Shown here in pieces: positions 48,129 through 58,251 of a DNA stretch of 64,000 nt. Source of the stretch: an uncultured Anaerolineales bacterium (GTDB lineage: Bacteria; Chloroflexota; Anaerolineae; B4-G1); NCBI GenBank assembly GCA_964528475.1, contig CAZGSX010000003.1, positions 1,681-65,680 on the forward strand, written 5' to 3'. The notes beneath the pieces were generated by a model. It had not been told where the DNA came from. It did no database searches and saw nothing but the letters and a program-made list of their open reading frames with translations. Each line of letters starts with the position of its first letter. Position 1 is the first letter of the stretch. The position numbers and the translations under genes are program-made.

Positions 48129-48998
48129 CTACTCGTACCAGTCTTCAGCACTCAGAGGCATCCCGGGCTGTCCCGTCGTGATTCCGGGGCCAAGGGCCTG
48201 TCGAACGCGTTGGGCAATCAAGCTGCACGCTGGCGCCTCTCGCACGGTCTGCGTTCGGGGACGTGGCAGGTCAACGTGCACCTCCGCGATGATAGAGGCC
48301 GGGCGGGGGCCGAGCACCAGCACACGGTCCGCGAGGTAGACAGCTTCGGGCACGGAATGCGTCACCATCACCACAGTCTTCTGTCGAGCCTGCCAGATGC
48401 GGAGCAACTCCCGTCCCATGCGCTCTCGAGTCAGGGCATCCAGCGCCCCAAAGGGCTCATCTAAGAGAAGGAGCTGCGGATCGTGCACCAGGGCCCGGGC
48501 CAGCGCCACCCGTTGGGCCATGCCACCTGACAGTTGGGCCGGATACGCATCCTCGAAACCCCTCAAGCCCACCAGATCCACAAGCGCCTGCGCTTTCTCC
48601 TCAGCCCTCTCGTCCCTGACCCCGTTCACCTCCAACGGCAGTGTCACGTTCTTCCTGACCGTGCGCCACGCCATCAGCGTAGGGTCCTGGAATACGAAGC
48701 CCACGCGACGGCTGGGACGCTCAACCCTGTCGCCGTTAAGATAGATGGCCCCGGTCGTCGGCCGCTCCAGACCTGCGATCAGCCGAAGCAGTGTTGATTT
48801 CCCGCAACCGGAGGCACCGACCAGACAGACGAACTCCCTCTCCTGTACCTTAAATGAGAGGTTCTCCAGCACAGATAGACGTTCAGCGGGTCGCTGATAG
48901 GACTTCCCAACATTTTCGACAGTCAGCAGGTGGTGGTTGTCAGACACGTGATTATGGCAGGTACTCATTGGTGAAGGCTTCTTGAGGATCGACATCAC
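48129..48998 (-). CDS. ABC transporter ATP-binding protein (NitT/TauT nitrate/sulfonate/bicarbonate family)
   Basis: Walker A GASGCGKST, signature LSGGMAQRVALARAL, Walker B LLLDEPFGALD, H-loop. Confidence 0.9.
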   Translation of the reverse strand: MMSILKKPSPMSTCHNHVSDNHHLLTVENVGKSYQRPAERLSVLENLSFKVQEREFVCLVGASGCGKSTLLRLIAGLERPTTGAIYLNGDRVERPSRRVGFVFQDPTLMAWRTVRKNVTLPLEVNGVRDERAEEKAQALVDLVGLRGFEDAYPAQLSGGMAQRVALARALVHDPQLLLLDEPFGALDALTRERMGRELLRIWQARQKTVVMVTHSVPEAVYLADRVLVLGPRPASIIAEVHVDLPRPRTQTVREAPACSLIAQRVRQALGPGITTGQPGMPLSAEDWYE

Positions 48999-49938
48999 CA
49001 GTCAGCAGATCGGCCTCCCGCATCACTTCGACGGTATTCTCCCACGCTTCCGGACTCGATGCACCAAGGGGTTCGCCGCGCCAGTAGTCAAGAGAGGCCT
49101 CAAGAACGCCCCTCTGCACCGCCTCATTCTCCTCGAGCCCTTCCACATAAGCCTTGCAGATCTCGAACGCAGCATCCGGATCACTCAGCGTGTCCTCCAG
49201 CCCCCGCAGAAAAGCGCGAGCGAAGGCCCGCACCAAGTCCGGTCTGTCTCCAAGGATCTCCTCACTGGCGATAACGCCATTGGAGACCAGTGGGGCGTAA
49301 TCAGCCACAGGCATCAGCTCGATCTCATACCCTCGCTGTCTGAGCTGAACTGGCTCATTGTTGGCGTAAACGACAGCTGCGTCAACACGTCCGACAGTGA
49401 GGTTCTCCAGGGCAGCGTACCCAATGACCTCCAGGTCGATTTGCTCTTCGTCGACGCCCGCGGCCGAGGTAAACGCCTTCCAGCCGATGTAGCTGGCTGC
49501 ACCAAACGTCTCCGGTATGCCAACCTTTCGCCCTTCCAGGTCAGCTGGTTGCTGGATGGCACTCTCCTTCAAGGCCACGACAGCAACGGGAAACTTCCGC
49601 CACCAAGCGACGAATGTGACCACGGGCATACCCTGGGCCCGAGCCTTGATGATCTGATCCCCACTGGCAATCGCGAAGGGGGTCCACCCGGCGGCCACCA
49701 ACTGGACGCCTTTGGTGTCGTAATCACCATAGTCCAACTCGAGCTGAATGCCTTCTTCCTGGAAGTAACCGCGCTCGATGGCCACGTACCAAGGGGCAAA
49801 CTGGACGTTGGCGACAAAGCCCATCGGCAGGCGCACGTCAACAGGTTCCGCCGTAGGTGCCGGATTCCCGGGACGACCACAGGCCATCAAAGCAATGAGC
49901 GTTGCCACCGTCACCACCGGGGCAGCATATCTGATCAT
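48952..49938 (-). CDS. ABC transporter substrate-binding protein (NMT1/THI5/SsuA-like periplasmic component), lipoprotein
   Basis: Signal peptide plus lipobox (LIALMACG). NMT1-like fold (QLVAAGWTPFAIASGDQI...VGIPETFGAASYIGW). Confidence 0.85.
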   Translation of the reverse strand: MIRYAAPVVTVATLIALMACGRPGNPAPTAEPVDVRLPMGFVANVQFAPWYVAIERGYFQEEGIQLELDYGDYDTKGVQLVAAGWTPFAIASGDQIIKARAQGMPVVTFVAWWRKFPVAVVALKESAIQQPADLEGRKVGIPETFGAASYIGWKAFTSAAGVDEEQIDLEVIGYAALENLTVGRVDAAVVYANNEPVQLRQRGYEIELMPVADYAPLVSNGVIASEEILGDRPDLVRAFARAFLRGLEDTLSDPDAAFEICKAYVEGLEENEAVQRGVLEASLDYWRGEPLGASSPEAWENTVEVMREADLLTGDVDPQEAFTNEYLP

Positions 49939-50033
49939 TGTGTCTCCTTAGCTATTACTGACATCTCCCTATTCCCTATAGACCGTTCTCAGTTGACGGT
50001 GGGGATGCAAGCAGGAAATCGTGATTCGAAACC

Positions 50034-50942
50034 TCACCTTGCCTCAGTGTCTCGCCACCGCAGCAGTGCGCGCTCAGCTAGACCTACGATGCCGTAGAGC
50101 AGCTGCGCCAGTATGACCAGCGTTCCGATTCCTACGAACACCTGGGGCGTGTCATAGACTTGTTGACCCTGCTTGAGCAGATATCCCAACCCCTGGTCAG
50201 CTGCGACGAACTCCCCAACCACGGCGCCGATGACGGCCAGCGTGGCGCCCACCTTGACGCCCCCCAGCAGCGTAGGCAGGGCTGCTGGCACCTCCAACAT
50301 CCAGATCATCTGCCAACGGTTGGCCTCCAGCGTGCGCATCAGATCGTGCAGATCCTGCCCCACACCTCGTACACCGACGACCGTGTTGACCAGGATGGGG
50401 AAGAAGACAATCAAGGCGCAGACTAGAACCTTAGACAGGATCCCGGTCCCGAACCAGATCACCAGCAGAGGGGCGATGGCCACGGTGGGGACCGACTGGG
50501 ATGCCACAATGAAGGGTGACAACAACTGCTCCGCCAGGGGGGAATGAGCGAGCAGATACCCTATCAGGGTGGCAGCTGCCGCGCCAATACCCAGCCCAGT
50601 CAGAATCTCGGTCAACGTCACCCGTACATGGAGCCAGAGGGTACCGCTGGCAATCAGGCTGCCCCAGCGCTGGACGACGGCAGCGGGCGACGGCAGAATG
50701 AAGACGGGGTAGTTGCCCACCCAGATGATCGCCTGCCAGAGCACCAAGAATACGGTCAGGCTCAGCAAGGCGAGGCCCATTCGCGACACGCGTCTGTTGG
50801 TCATACAGGCCATCCAACAAGAACCTCGCAGATGATCACTCATCCGCGAGGCAGAACCCACGGAAAAGAAAAACCCCGAAGACTGATCAAGCCTCCGGGG
50901 GACAAATCTGCTTCGCCGCAAGAAAGCTGCGGCACCTCTCAT
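50034..50942 (-). CDS. ABC transporter permease (SsuC/TauC-like)
   Basis: Six TM helices. EAA-like loop (LMRTLEANRWQMIWMLEVPAALPTLLGGVKVG). First gene of the permease-SBP-ATPase operon. Confidence 0.85.
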   Translation of the reverse strand: MRGAAAFLRRSRFVPRRLDQSSGFFFSVGSASRMSDHLRGSCWMACMTNRRVSRMGLALLSLTVFLVLWQAIIWVGNYPVFILPSPAAVVQRWGSLIASGTLWLHVRVTLTEILTGLGIGAAAATLIGYLLAHSPLAEQLLSPFIVASQSVPTVAIAPLLVIWFGTGILSKVLVCALIVFFPILVNTVVGVRGVGQDLHDLMRTLEANRWQMIWMLEVPAALPTLLGGVKVGATLAVIGAVVGEFVAADQGLGYLLKQGQQVYDTPQVFVGIGTLVILAQLLYGIVGLAERALLRWRDTEAR

Positions 50943-51120
50943 CTCCTTCCATCCGGACTTTTACCGTCGGCCCCGGTCTGGGTGGCTTTGTCATCGTCCG
51001 CCACCGTCACCGGATCGACCGCCTGCGCGGCTCGCGGGCTCGGCGAGCGTCTGGCTCACCTTACCGCCGGTCGGGAATCACACCCTGCCCCGAAGATGAT
51101 TATTCAATTGTGTGGTGCAA

Positions 51121-51148
51121 ATTATACTGCCCTTGGAGCACCTGTCAA
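51121..51148 (-). promoter_or_regulatory. Consensus sigma-70 promoter (TTGACA-16-TATAAT) on minus strand for ABC transporter operon
   Basis: Minus-strand read TTGACAggtgctccaagggcagTATAAT (TTGACA = reverse complement of 51143-51148; TATAAT = reverse complement of 51121-51126). About 170-nt leader to permease ATG at 50942. Confidence 0.65.
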
Positions 51149-51261
51149 GCCGCCACCGCATACAGGCACGCTCGGTCTTCTCCCTTCGGGAAAACCGCTG
51201 CTCCTCCCGGCGGAGGGTCCACAGGCTGAAGGAGCGCTCTGTCGTAACACCCGGTGGGGAG

Positions 51262-52464
51262 CTAGATCAACCCGAGCTTCCGCCCTCCCTTCTTGAAGGC
51301 CTCGATGGCATGGTCCAGCTGGTCCTCAGTATGCTCCGCGCAGAGCTGGACCCGAATGCGAGCCTTGTCCCGGGCCACCATCGGGAAGACGATGGCAAGC
51401 ACATAGACACCCTCTTCCCACACGAAATTCGCCAGCTCCTTTGCAGTCTTGCTTTCCCCGCACATGATGGGCACAATTGGCGTCTCGCTGTGGCCGGTAT
51501 CGAAGCCCAACTCCTTCATCCTATCGAGGAAGTACTGGCGGTTCTTCCATACGCGTTCGACGCGCTCTGGATGCTCGGTCATGACGTCGATGGCGGCGAC
51601 GGTGGCCGCCACGACCCCAGGCGGAAGGGCGCCACTGAGGAGCCAGGTCCGGGCCTTGTTCATGGAGAACTTTATCAGCTCCTCGCTGCCGCTGATGTGG
51701 CCACCGACGATGCCAAAGGCCTTGGAGAAGGTACCCATCTCCGCGTGCACTTGGTCGCGGGTGAGGCCGAAGTGATTGACGATGCCCCGTCCCCCTTCAC
51801 CGAGAACGCCCTCGCCGTGGGCGTCATCGACGTAGACGCCGGCGCCATGGCGGGCGGCGATGTCCGCGATCTCCGGCAGGGGCGCGAGGTCGCCGTCCAT
51901 GCTGAAGACCCCATCGGTGACGATCCAGATGTGCTGATAGGGGGGCTGATGTGTCTCCGCCTCCTCCATGATACGGGCCAGGTCATCGACGTCCTTGTGC
52001 TTGTAGATGGCCTTGTCGGCTCGCGTGAGGCGCATGCCGTCGATGATGGATCCGTGGTTGAGCTCGTCGGAGACGTAGAGATCGCCCTCTCCAGCCAATT
52101 GGGCGATGATGCCCTGGTTGGTCATGAAGCCGGTCTGGAAGGTCAGGGAGGCAGGTGCGCTTTTGAACTCGGCCAGGCGCTGGTCGAGGGCTCTGTGGAC
52201 GGACATGTCGCCGGCAATGGATCGATCGCTCCCGGCCCCCGCCCCGTATTTCTCCGTGGCGGCAATCATGGCCTCCACAACCTTGGGGTGGGTCGACAGG
52301 TTCAAGTAGTTGTTGGAGCAGAGGACGACGACCTCCCTGCCCTGTACGACGGAGACAGGCTCGCTGGGACCCTGTAACTCCCGGGGTTCCCACGTCAGCC
52401 CCTCCTCCTTAAGCCGCTCATATTCTTCACCAAGATAATCTATAGGGTTCCGCTCGACGCTCAT
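51262..52464 (-). CDS. kbl: 2-amino-3-ketobutyrate CoA ligase (glycine C-acetyltransferase), PLP-dependent alpha-oxoamine synthase family
   Basis: Class II aminotransferase-like fold with PLP lysine region (GTFSKAFGIVGGHISGS). Immediately downstream of the tdh-type gene. Confidence 0.85.
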   Translation of the reverse strand: MSVERNPIDYLGEEYERLKEEGLTWEPRELQGPSEPVSVVQGREVVVLCSNNYLNLSTHPKVVEAMIAATEKYGAGAGSDRSIAGDMSVHRALDQRLAEFKSAPASLTFQTGFMTNQGIIAQLAGEGDLYVSDELNHGSIIDGMRLTRADKAIYKHKDVDDLARIMEEAETHQPPYQHIWIVTDGVFSMDGDLAPLPEIADIAARHGAGVYVDDAHGEGVLGEGGRGIVNHFGLTRDQVHAEMGTFSKAFGIVGGHISGSEELIKFSMNKARTWLLSGALPPGVVAATVAAIDVMTEHPERVERVWKNRQYFLDRMKELGFDTGHSETPIVPIMCGESKTAKELANFVWEEGVYVLAIVFPMVARDKARIRVQLCAEHTEDQLDHAIEAFKKGGRKLGLI

Positions 52465-52531
52465 GTGTGTTCTCCTTTGGATATAGTACTCTGCAGCCCG
52501 GGCGATAGTCCGGGGGTGAGATACAGCGCAC

Positions 52532-53500
52532 TCAGACGTCCAGCTTCTTCCTCAGGGCGCTGAGCATGTCCTCAACCATCGCAGGGAGGTCATACTCCGG
52601 GCTCCATCCCCACTCCTCCCGTGCTGCGCTATCATCGATGGAGCGCGGCCACGAATCGGCGATTTCCTGACGGTAGTCAGGCTCGTACTCAATTTCGAAG
52701 GTCGGGATGTGTCTCTTGATCTCGGACGCCAGCTCCGCCGGGGAGAAGCTAAGCGCTGACAGGTTGAAGTCCGCATGGTGCTCGAGCTGATCGAACGGCG
52801 CGTCCATCAACATCAGCGTCGCCTGGATGCAATCCGGCATATACATCATGGGGAGCACGGTATCCTTCTCCAGGAAACAGGTGTAGCGCTGATGTTTGAG
52901 CGCCTCGTAGAATATCTCCACGGCGTAGTCGGTGGTGCCGCCACCGGGCAACGTCTCACTGCTGATGATGCCTGGATAGCGCACACCGCGCACGTCGAGC
53001 CCGAAACGGTCAACGTAGTAGTCACAGAGCAGCTCTCCGGCGACCTTGGTCACGCCGTACATGGTGGTGGGCCGCAGAATCGTCTCCTGGGGTGTATCGT
53101 CCTTGGGCGTATCGGGCCCGAAGACGGCGATGGAGCTGGGCCAGAACACCTGCGATATCTCACGCTGCCGTGCAATCTCCAGGACCTGATAGAGACCGTC
53201 GAGATTGACGCGCCAGGCTAGCTGAGGGTTCTTCTCACCGCTGGCGGACAGAAGTGCGGCCAGGTGATAGATGGTGTCGATCTCGTACTGATCGAGCACC
53301 GCCTCGATGGTCTCCGGTCTGGTCGCGTAGATCCTCACAAAGGGGCCGGAATCGCGCAGCTCCGGCTCGGGTTCGGTCTTGTGACCAGCAGCTACCACAT
53401 TTTCGCCGCCATACCGTCTCCGCAGCGCCATGGTTAACTCAGAGCCGATCTGACCGACGGCGCCGGTCACCAAGATTCTGGGTCTCCGATGGTTGGACAC
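52532..53500 (-). CDS. tdh: L-threonine 3-dehydrogenase of the NAD-dependent epimerase/SDR-extended type
   Basis: ILVTGAVGQIGSEL Rossmann; YxxxK-type SDR-extended fold; about 320 aa; tdh-kbl adjacency. Confidence 0.8.
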   Translation of the reverse strand: MSNHRRPRILVTGAVGQIGSELTMALRRRYGGENVVAAGHKTEPEPELRDSGPFVRIYATRPETIEAVLDQYEIDTIYHLAALLSASGEKNPQLAWRVNLDGLYQVLEIARQREISQVFWPSSIAVFGPDTPKDDTPQETILRPTTMYGVTKVAGELLCDYYVDRFGLDVRGVRYPGIISSETLPGGGTTDYAVEIFYEALKHQRYTCFLEKDTVLPMMYMPDCIQATLMLMDAPFDQLEHHADFNLSALSFSPAELASEIKRHIPTFEIEYEPDYRQEIADSWPRSIDDSAAREEWGWSPEYDLPAMVEDMLSALRKKLDV

Positions 53501-53634
53501 TATGATACCTCCATGTTACTCATTCCGGATGTAGCCAGCTATGGCTCCCACTGATAACGGCTCTCAGCCTGCCACGACGTAACAGGATCAGCACGAGAGC
53601 GACCGCAGTGAGTATAGCACATGGCGGCTCTTTT

Positions 53635-53662
53635 TTCAATGGCGAGCGGTGTGTGCTATAAT
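53635..53662 (+). promoter_or_regulatory. Promoter TTCAAT-16-TGcTATAAT (extended -10) for alpha-galactosidase gene
   Basis: -35 53635-53640, TGC + TATAAT 53654-53662, RBS AAGGGGATAGGGG, ATG 53696. Confidence 0.5.
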
Positions 53663-53695
53663 GGGCATCCGGCCATCGAACAAGGGGATAGGGGA

Positions 53696-55912
53696 ATGAG
53701 CTACACTGTTGGCAACGGAACACCCACGTGGAGCGAACCCGACCGGCTCGCCAGGGTGCGCTATCGCGTCGGCGACCGCACCGAGGTGATGGAACTGAAC
53801 GAGCCGAACCGAGCCCGCCATCTGGAGGGGATTCGATTCATCTGGCGCTGGCAAGATGAGGACGGGGGCTATCGGATGTGGGTCCGGGTGACGCATCGCG
53901 GCGAGGAGCCGATCTACGTCCATGAGATCGACGTCCTGGAGGCGCCGGTGCCCCGGCTGGGCTCAGCACCCAGCGCGTGGTCTGTCTATCAGAACGGCTG
54001 GCAGTCGTGGTCGCCCTGCTTCGCCCGCCGCCTGGGGAATGGGCTTCAGACGACGCCGGAGACTCCGGCGTATCGTCGCAAGCACCAACCGCACTGGCGT
54101 CCCGGGCGGGAAAGGGCGATCTCGTCCGAGTGGGTGACGGTGCTGTCGTCCAGGGGCGGTGAGGATCGCGCCGCGCTGCTGGTGGGATTCATAACGGCGG
54201 CGAACCAACTGGCGGAGATCCGCGTGCGCGAAGACGGGACGCAGTTGACGGCTCGCTGCTATTGCGATGCGGTGAGACTCGACCCAGGCGACTCGCTGAG
54301 CTCGGAGACGCTGATTCTGCGCGCGGGGCCAGATCCCCTCTCCCTACTCGAGGGTTGGGCGAGCGAGATGGGGAGGGAGATGAAGGCGCGGGTGCCCTCG
54401 AGCTCGCCCACGGGTTGGTGCACGTGGTACACTTTCTACGGGGAGAACACGGCCCGGGAAGTGGTGGACAACGTGGCGACCATCGATGACTACGCACTTC
54501 CGCTGGACGTGGTGCTGATCGATGATGGGTATCAGACGGCGATCGGCGACTGGTTCTCGCTGGATGAGGAGAAGTTCCCGGATGGGATGGAGGCGGTGAC
54601 GGAGCAGATCGGCCGCAGCGGACGGACGCCGGGACTATGGACGGCGCCGTTCGGGGCAGCCGCGGACTCGCAGCTCTTTGCGCGGCATCGTGAATGGTTC
54701 CTGCAGGATGAGGATGGGGAGCCAGTCGTAGGCTGGATCCACTGGGGGAAGACGTGTCACGCGCTGGACTGTACCCACCCAGAGGTACTGGACTGGCTGG
54801 GGGAGGTGTTCGGCCGGTTGCGCCGGGAGTGGGAGATCTCGTTCTTCAAGATCGACTTCCTGTTCGCGGCTGCGCTGGCCGGCCGGCGGCAGGACGAGAA
54901 GGCGACTCGGGCGCAGGCGCTGCGCCGCGGGGTGGAGGAGATCCGGAAGGCGATCGGTAGGCGAGCGTTCCTGCTGGGCTGCGGGGCGCCGCTGGGGCCG
55001 TGCGTGGGCTTGGTGGACGGGATGCGGATTGGGGCGGACGTGGATCCAAACTGGTATCCGATCTGGCGGAACGATCTATCCGCGGTGTCCACGCAGAACG
55101 CGCTGCGCAACGTCATCACCCGCTCCCCCGTCCACGGCAGGCTGTGGGCGAACGACCCCGATTGTCTGTTGGTGCGCCAGCGGGGAGACGACATGGACCT
55201 TGTGCTGAACGAGATGCGCACTCTAACGGCGCTGGTGGCGCTATCGGGCGGCTTGACGCTCAATTCGGACGATCTCACAGCGGTGGAGGAAGGTCGACTG
55301 AAGTACCTGCGTCAAGCCCTGCCTCCCACGGGCGTGTCCGCTCGCGCCGTTGACCTGTTCGAGCGGGAGATGCCGCGCTTGTTCGTGCTCTCCGTGGAGC
55401 GAGACTGGGGGCGATGGTGGGTGGCCGCAGCTACCAACTGGGAGGACGCCACCACTGAGACAACGGTCCAGCTCTCCGAGGTGGGCGTGCCGTCGGGACG
55501 TTACCACGTGTTCCATTACTGGCGGCAGCGTTACCTGGGAGTGGCGGACGAGGTGGTGACGGTGCGCCGGCACCAGCCGCACGAGACGGCAGTGCTTCTG
55601 CTGAAGCCGGTGTCCGACCGGCCGGACCTGCTGACGACGACGTTCCATGTGAGCCAGGGCCTGGCGGAAGTGAGCCACTACCAATTCGAGCTGATCGACG
55701 CCAGATGCACGATGGAGATCACGCTGGAGAAGGCGGGGCGACAGTTCGGCCGACTGTTCTTCACGGTGCCGAGGAGATGGCGCGTGTCGGAGGCGCAGGT
55801 GGACGGCCGTCGGCAGGCACCGGTGGACGAGCAGGCGCATGTCGTCAGTCTTGGCCTGACATTGGAGGACAAGGCAGAAATCGAGATCTCCTTCGAGAGA
55901 ACAACCACCTGA
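53696..55912 (+). CDS. Alpha-galactosidase (glycoside hydrolase family 36, melibiase-type). ORF track start 53621 is probably too far upstream.
   Basis: GH36 motifs VLIDDGYQ, GLWTAPF, FFKIDFL (KxDF), CGAPLG; about 740 aa with N-terminal and C-terminal beta-sandwich regions. Confidence 0.75.
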   Translation: MSYTVGNGTPTWSEPDRLARVRYRVGDRTEVMELNEPNRARHLEGIRFIWRWQDEDGGYRMWVRVTHRGEEPIYVHEIDVLEAPVPRLGSAPSAWSVYQNGWQSWSPCFARRLGNGLQTTPETPAYRRKHQPHWRPGRERAISSEWVTVLSSRGGEDRAALLVGFITAANQLAEIRVREDGTQLTARCYCDAVRLDPGDSLSSETLILRAGPDPLSLLEGWASEMGREMKARVPSSSPTGWCTWYTFYGENTAREVVDNVATIDDYALPLDVVLIDDGYQTAIGDWFSLDEEKFPDGMEAVTEQIGRSGRTPGLWTAPFGAAADSQLFARHREWFLQDEDGEPVVGWIHWGKTCHALDCTHPEVLDWLGEVFGRLRREWEISFFKIDFLFAAALAGRRQDEKATRAQALRRGVEEIRKAIGRRAFLLGCGAPLGPCVGLVDGMRIGADVDPNWYPIWRNDLSAVSTQNALRNVITRSPVHGRLWANDPDCLLVRQRGDDMDLVLNEMRTLTALVALSGGLTLNSDDLTAVEEGRLKYLRQALPPTGVSARAVDLFEREMPRLFVLSVERDWGRWWVAAATNWEDATTETTVQLSEVGVPSGRYHVFHYWRQRYLGVADEVVTVRRHQPHETAVLLLKPVSDRPDLLTTTFHVSQGLAEVSHYQFELIDARCTMEITLEKAGRQFGRLFFTVPRRWRVSEAQVDGRRQAPVDEQAHVVSLGLTLEDKAEIEISFERTTT

Positions 55913-55969
55913 GCGAGACGCTGGCCGCGGCAGGCGTCATCTGGCACGGGACCATCCTGGCTGGAGCTA

Positions 55970-56647
55970 ATGAAACGGAAAACGGAATCTGCTGTATACG
56001 CGCACAGGGAATTGCTGGACGAGTATGGCGACCGCGCCTGGCACCCGCGGGATCCCGTCGCCACCCTGGTTAACACTATCCTGTCGCAGAACACGAACGA
56101 TGTCAACCGCGATGCCGCCTACTCTAGCCTGCGGGAGCGATTCACGACGTGGGAGGAGGTGCGCGACGCGCCGGAGGACGAGCTGATTGAGGCGATCCGC
56201 TCCGCAGGGCTGGGGCCGACGAAAGGGCCACGGATTCAAGGGGCGCTACGGCAGATCACGGACCGAGAAGGGGAAATCAGCCTGGAGTTCCTGCGGGACA
56301 TGTCGACGGGGGAAGCGCGGGAATGGCTGGCGGACCTGCCCGGGGTGGGCCCGAAGACGGCGGCCATTGTCCTCTGCTTCGCGCTGGGCAAACCGGCCTT
56401 CCCGGTGGATACACACGTGCATCGGGTGAGCCAGCGGCTGGGACTGATTCCCGAGGGGACGAGCCGGGAGAAGGCACACGACATACTGGAGGAGATCGTC
56501 CCGGAGGAGCACTACTACACATTTCACCTTAACCTGATCGCGCACGGTCGCGCCGTCTGCCACTCGCGCACTCCCGAGTGCCCGGGCTGCCCCCTGCGGG
56601 AAGACTGCGACTATTACGCACAGAAGCAGAGTGACGGCGCTGCCTGA
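55970..56647 (+). CDS. nth: Endonuclease III (HhH-GPD base-excision repair glycosylase with 4Fe-4S cluster)
   Basis: HhH motif LPGVGPKTAAIVL; catalytic D; C-terminal C-x6-C-x2-C-x5-C (CHSRTPECPGCPLREDC). Confidence 0.9.
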   Translation: MKRKTESAVYAHRELLDEYGDRAWHPRDPVATLVNTILSQNTNDVNRDAAYSSLRERFTTWEEVRDAPEDELIEAIRSAGLGPTKGPRIQGALRQITDREGEISLEFLRDMSTGEAREWLADLPGVGPKTAAIVLCFALGKPAFPVDTHVHRVSQRLGLIPEGTSREKAHDILEEIVPEEHYYTFHLNLIAHGRAVCHSRTPECPGCPLREDCDYYAQKQSDGAA

Positions 56648-56790
56648 TCAATTCCTGGAGCAGTCCCATTGAAGACCAAAGTGCTCGCCTCTGTCAAGGC
56701 AGCGCCAGGCACCGCCGGATCGCCGCCGGGATCGGACTGAGGGGGGTCGACTCGAGGGAGCTTCGCAGGCGACTGCCGTGGTAGATCACG

Positions 56791-57159
56791 ATGAGTAGAG
56801 CACGCGTCAAGTTGGGGCGCAGGGGAGAGGAACTGGCCGCGGACGCACTATCCCGACGCGGCTACGAAATCGTCAGCCGAAATTGGCACTGCCAGCTCGG
56901 GGAGGTCGACATCGTGGCCCGTCGCGGCGGGACCTGGGCCTTCTTCGAAGTGCGCACGCGGCGCGGTCGAGCGTTCGGCACCCCGGAAGAATCGGTCACG
57001 GCGAGCAAGATAGAGCGTATGGCTGATGTGGCGCGGCTGTTTCTTGCCGAGAATGACGTTAACGTAAACGCCGTCAACTGGCAAATCGGCGTCGTCGCCG
57101 TGGAAATGGATGAGGTGGGACATCTGCTGCGGATCGAGATCTATGAGACGCTCTGGTAA
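56791..57159 (+). CDS. yraN: YraN-family (UPF0102) endonuclease
   Basis: GEELAADALSRRGYEIVSRNW...GEVDIVARRGGTWAFFEVRTRRG canonical YraN motif; 122 aa. Confidence 0.85.
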   Translation: MSRARVKLGRRGEELAADALSRRGYEIVSRNWHCQLGEVDIVARRGGTWAFFEVRTRRGRAFGTPEESVTASKIERMADVARLFLAENDVNVNAVNWQIGVVAVEMDEVGHLLRIEIYETLW

Positions 57160-58156
57160 CGACGACAAGCAGGGGCCCGCCTCCTGGACCACAGGCTCCC
57201 CTTCGCCGCTGGTGGTGATCGTGGGCCCGACCGCGGTGGGCAAGACCTCCCTCTCCCTCCACCTTGGCGAGGCTCTAGATGGCGAGATCATCTCGGCCGA
57301 TTCCCGTTCCTTCTACCGCGGCATGGACATCGGCACGGCCAAGCCAACCCGGGAGGAGCGAGAGCGCGTCCACCACCACCTCATCGACATCGCCGATCCG
57401 GATGAGACCGTAGGACTGGCAGAGTACCAGGACCTGGCCTACGCAGCCATCGACCAAGTGCTGGCGCGCGACAAGCTTCCGCTCCTCGTGGGCGGGACCG
57501 GTCAGTACGTCAAGGCCGTTGTCGAGGGGTGGCGGATCCCCCGCGTGATGCCGCATCCGCACCTGAGAGAGGAACTGGAGGACAAGGCCGAGCGGGAGAG
57601 TCCCTATGCCCTGCACGCCTGGCTGGAGCAGCTCGATCCCCAGGCTGCTGAGGACATCCATCCCCATAACGTGCGCCGAGTGGTACGCGCCCTCGAGGTC
57701 TGCCTAGTCACAGGGAGGCCCATCTCCAGGCAACAGGGAAAGGATCCCCCGCCGTACCACATCCTCCAGATTGGCCTCACCATGGACCGTGAGAAGCTCT
57801 ACGAGCGCGCCGATCGGCGCCTGGAGATGATGATTGAGGACGGCCTGGTGGAAGAAGTGCGCAGCCTACTCCAACAGGGATACATCTGGGAGCTCCCCTC
57901 CATGTCAGCGGTGGGCTACGCCGAGTTTCGCCCCCTGTTGGAGGCCGAGCGCCAGGGAAGCGCGCCTACGCCGGAAGATCTGGACGCAGTCCTTGACGAG
58001 ATTCGGCATGACCTCCGGCGCTTCATCCGTCACCAGTACAACTGGTTTGATCCCGACGACACAAGCATCCACTGGTTCGACGCCTCCGAAGCCACCCACG
58101 AGGAGATAGAAGGCATGGTCCGCGAATGGCTCAACGAGCTGCGCTCGCCATCGTGA
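57146..58156 (+). CDS. miaA: tRNA dimethylallyltransferase MiaA (start placed at ATG 57146, overlapping yraN by 14 nt; ORF track gives 57110)
   Basis: P-loop VVIVGPTAVGKTSLSLHL; DSRSFYRGMDIGTAKPT; HHLID; about 335 aa. Confidence 0.9.
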   Translation, partial: RRSGNDDKQGPASWTTGSPSPLVVIVGPTAVGKTSLSLHLGEALDGEIISADSRSFYRGMDIGTAKPTREERERVHHHLIDIADPDETVGLAEYQDLAYAAIDQVLARDKLPLLVGGTGQYVKAVVEGWRIPRVMPHPHLREELEDKAERESPYALHAWLEQLDPQAAEDIHPHNVRRVVRALEVCLVTGRPISRQQGKDPPPYHILQIGLTMDREKLYERADRRLEMMIEDGLVEEVRSLLQQGYIWELPSMSAVGYAEFRPLLEAERQGSAPTPEDLDAVLDEIRHDLRRFIRHQYNWFDPDDTSIHWFDASEATHEEIEGMVREWLNELRSPS

Positions 58157-58168
58157 GGGTAGGGTAGT

Positions 58169-58197
58169 TTGCCTCAACGACGCCCTGATGGTAGAAT
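58169..58197 (+). promoter_or_regulatory. Promoter TTGCCT-17-TGGTAGAAT for GNAT gene
   Basis: Identical hexamers and spacing to the tRNA-His promoter (39155-39183). Confidence 0.5.
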
Positions 58198-58251
58198 GAA
58201 CGACACTGTGTAGCGCTCAGCCGCGGACCGATCAACCCAGGAAATCACGTC

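Noticed and set aside
51112-52377. 421-aa plus-strand ORF
   Set aside because: Antisense to kbl. Long open frame is a GC-rich antisense artefact.
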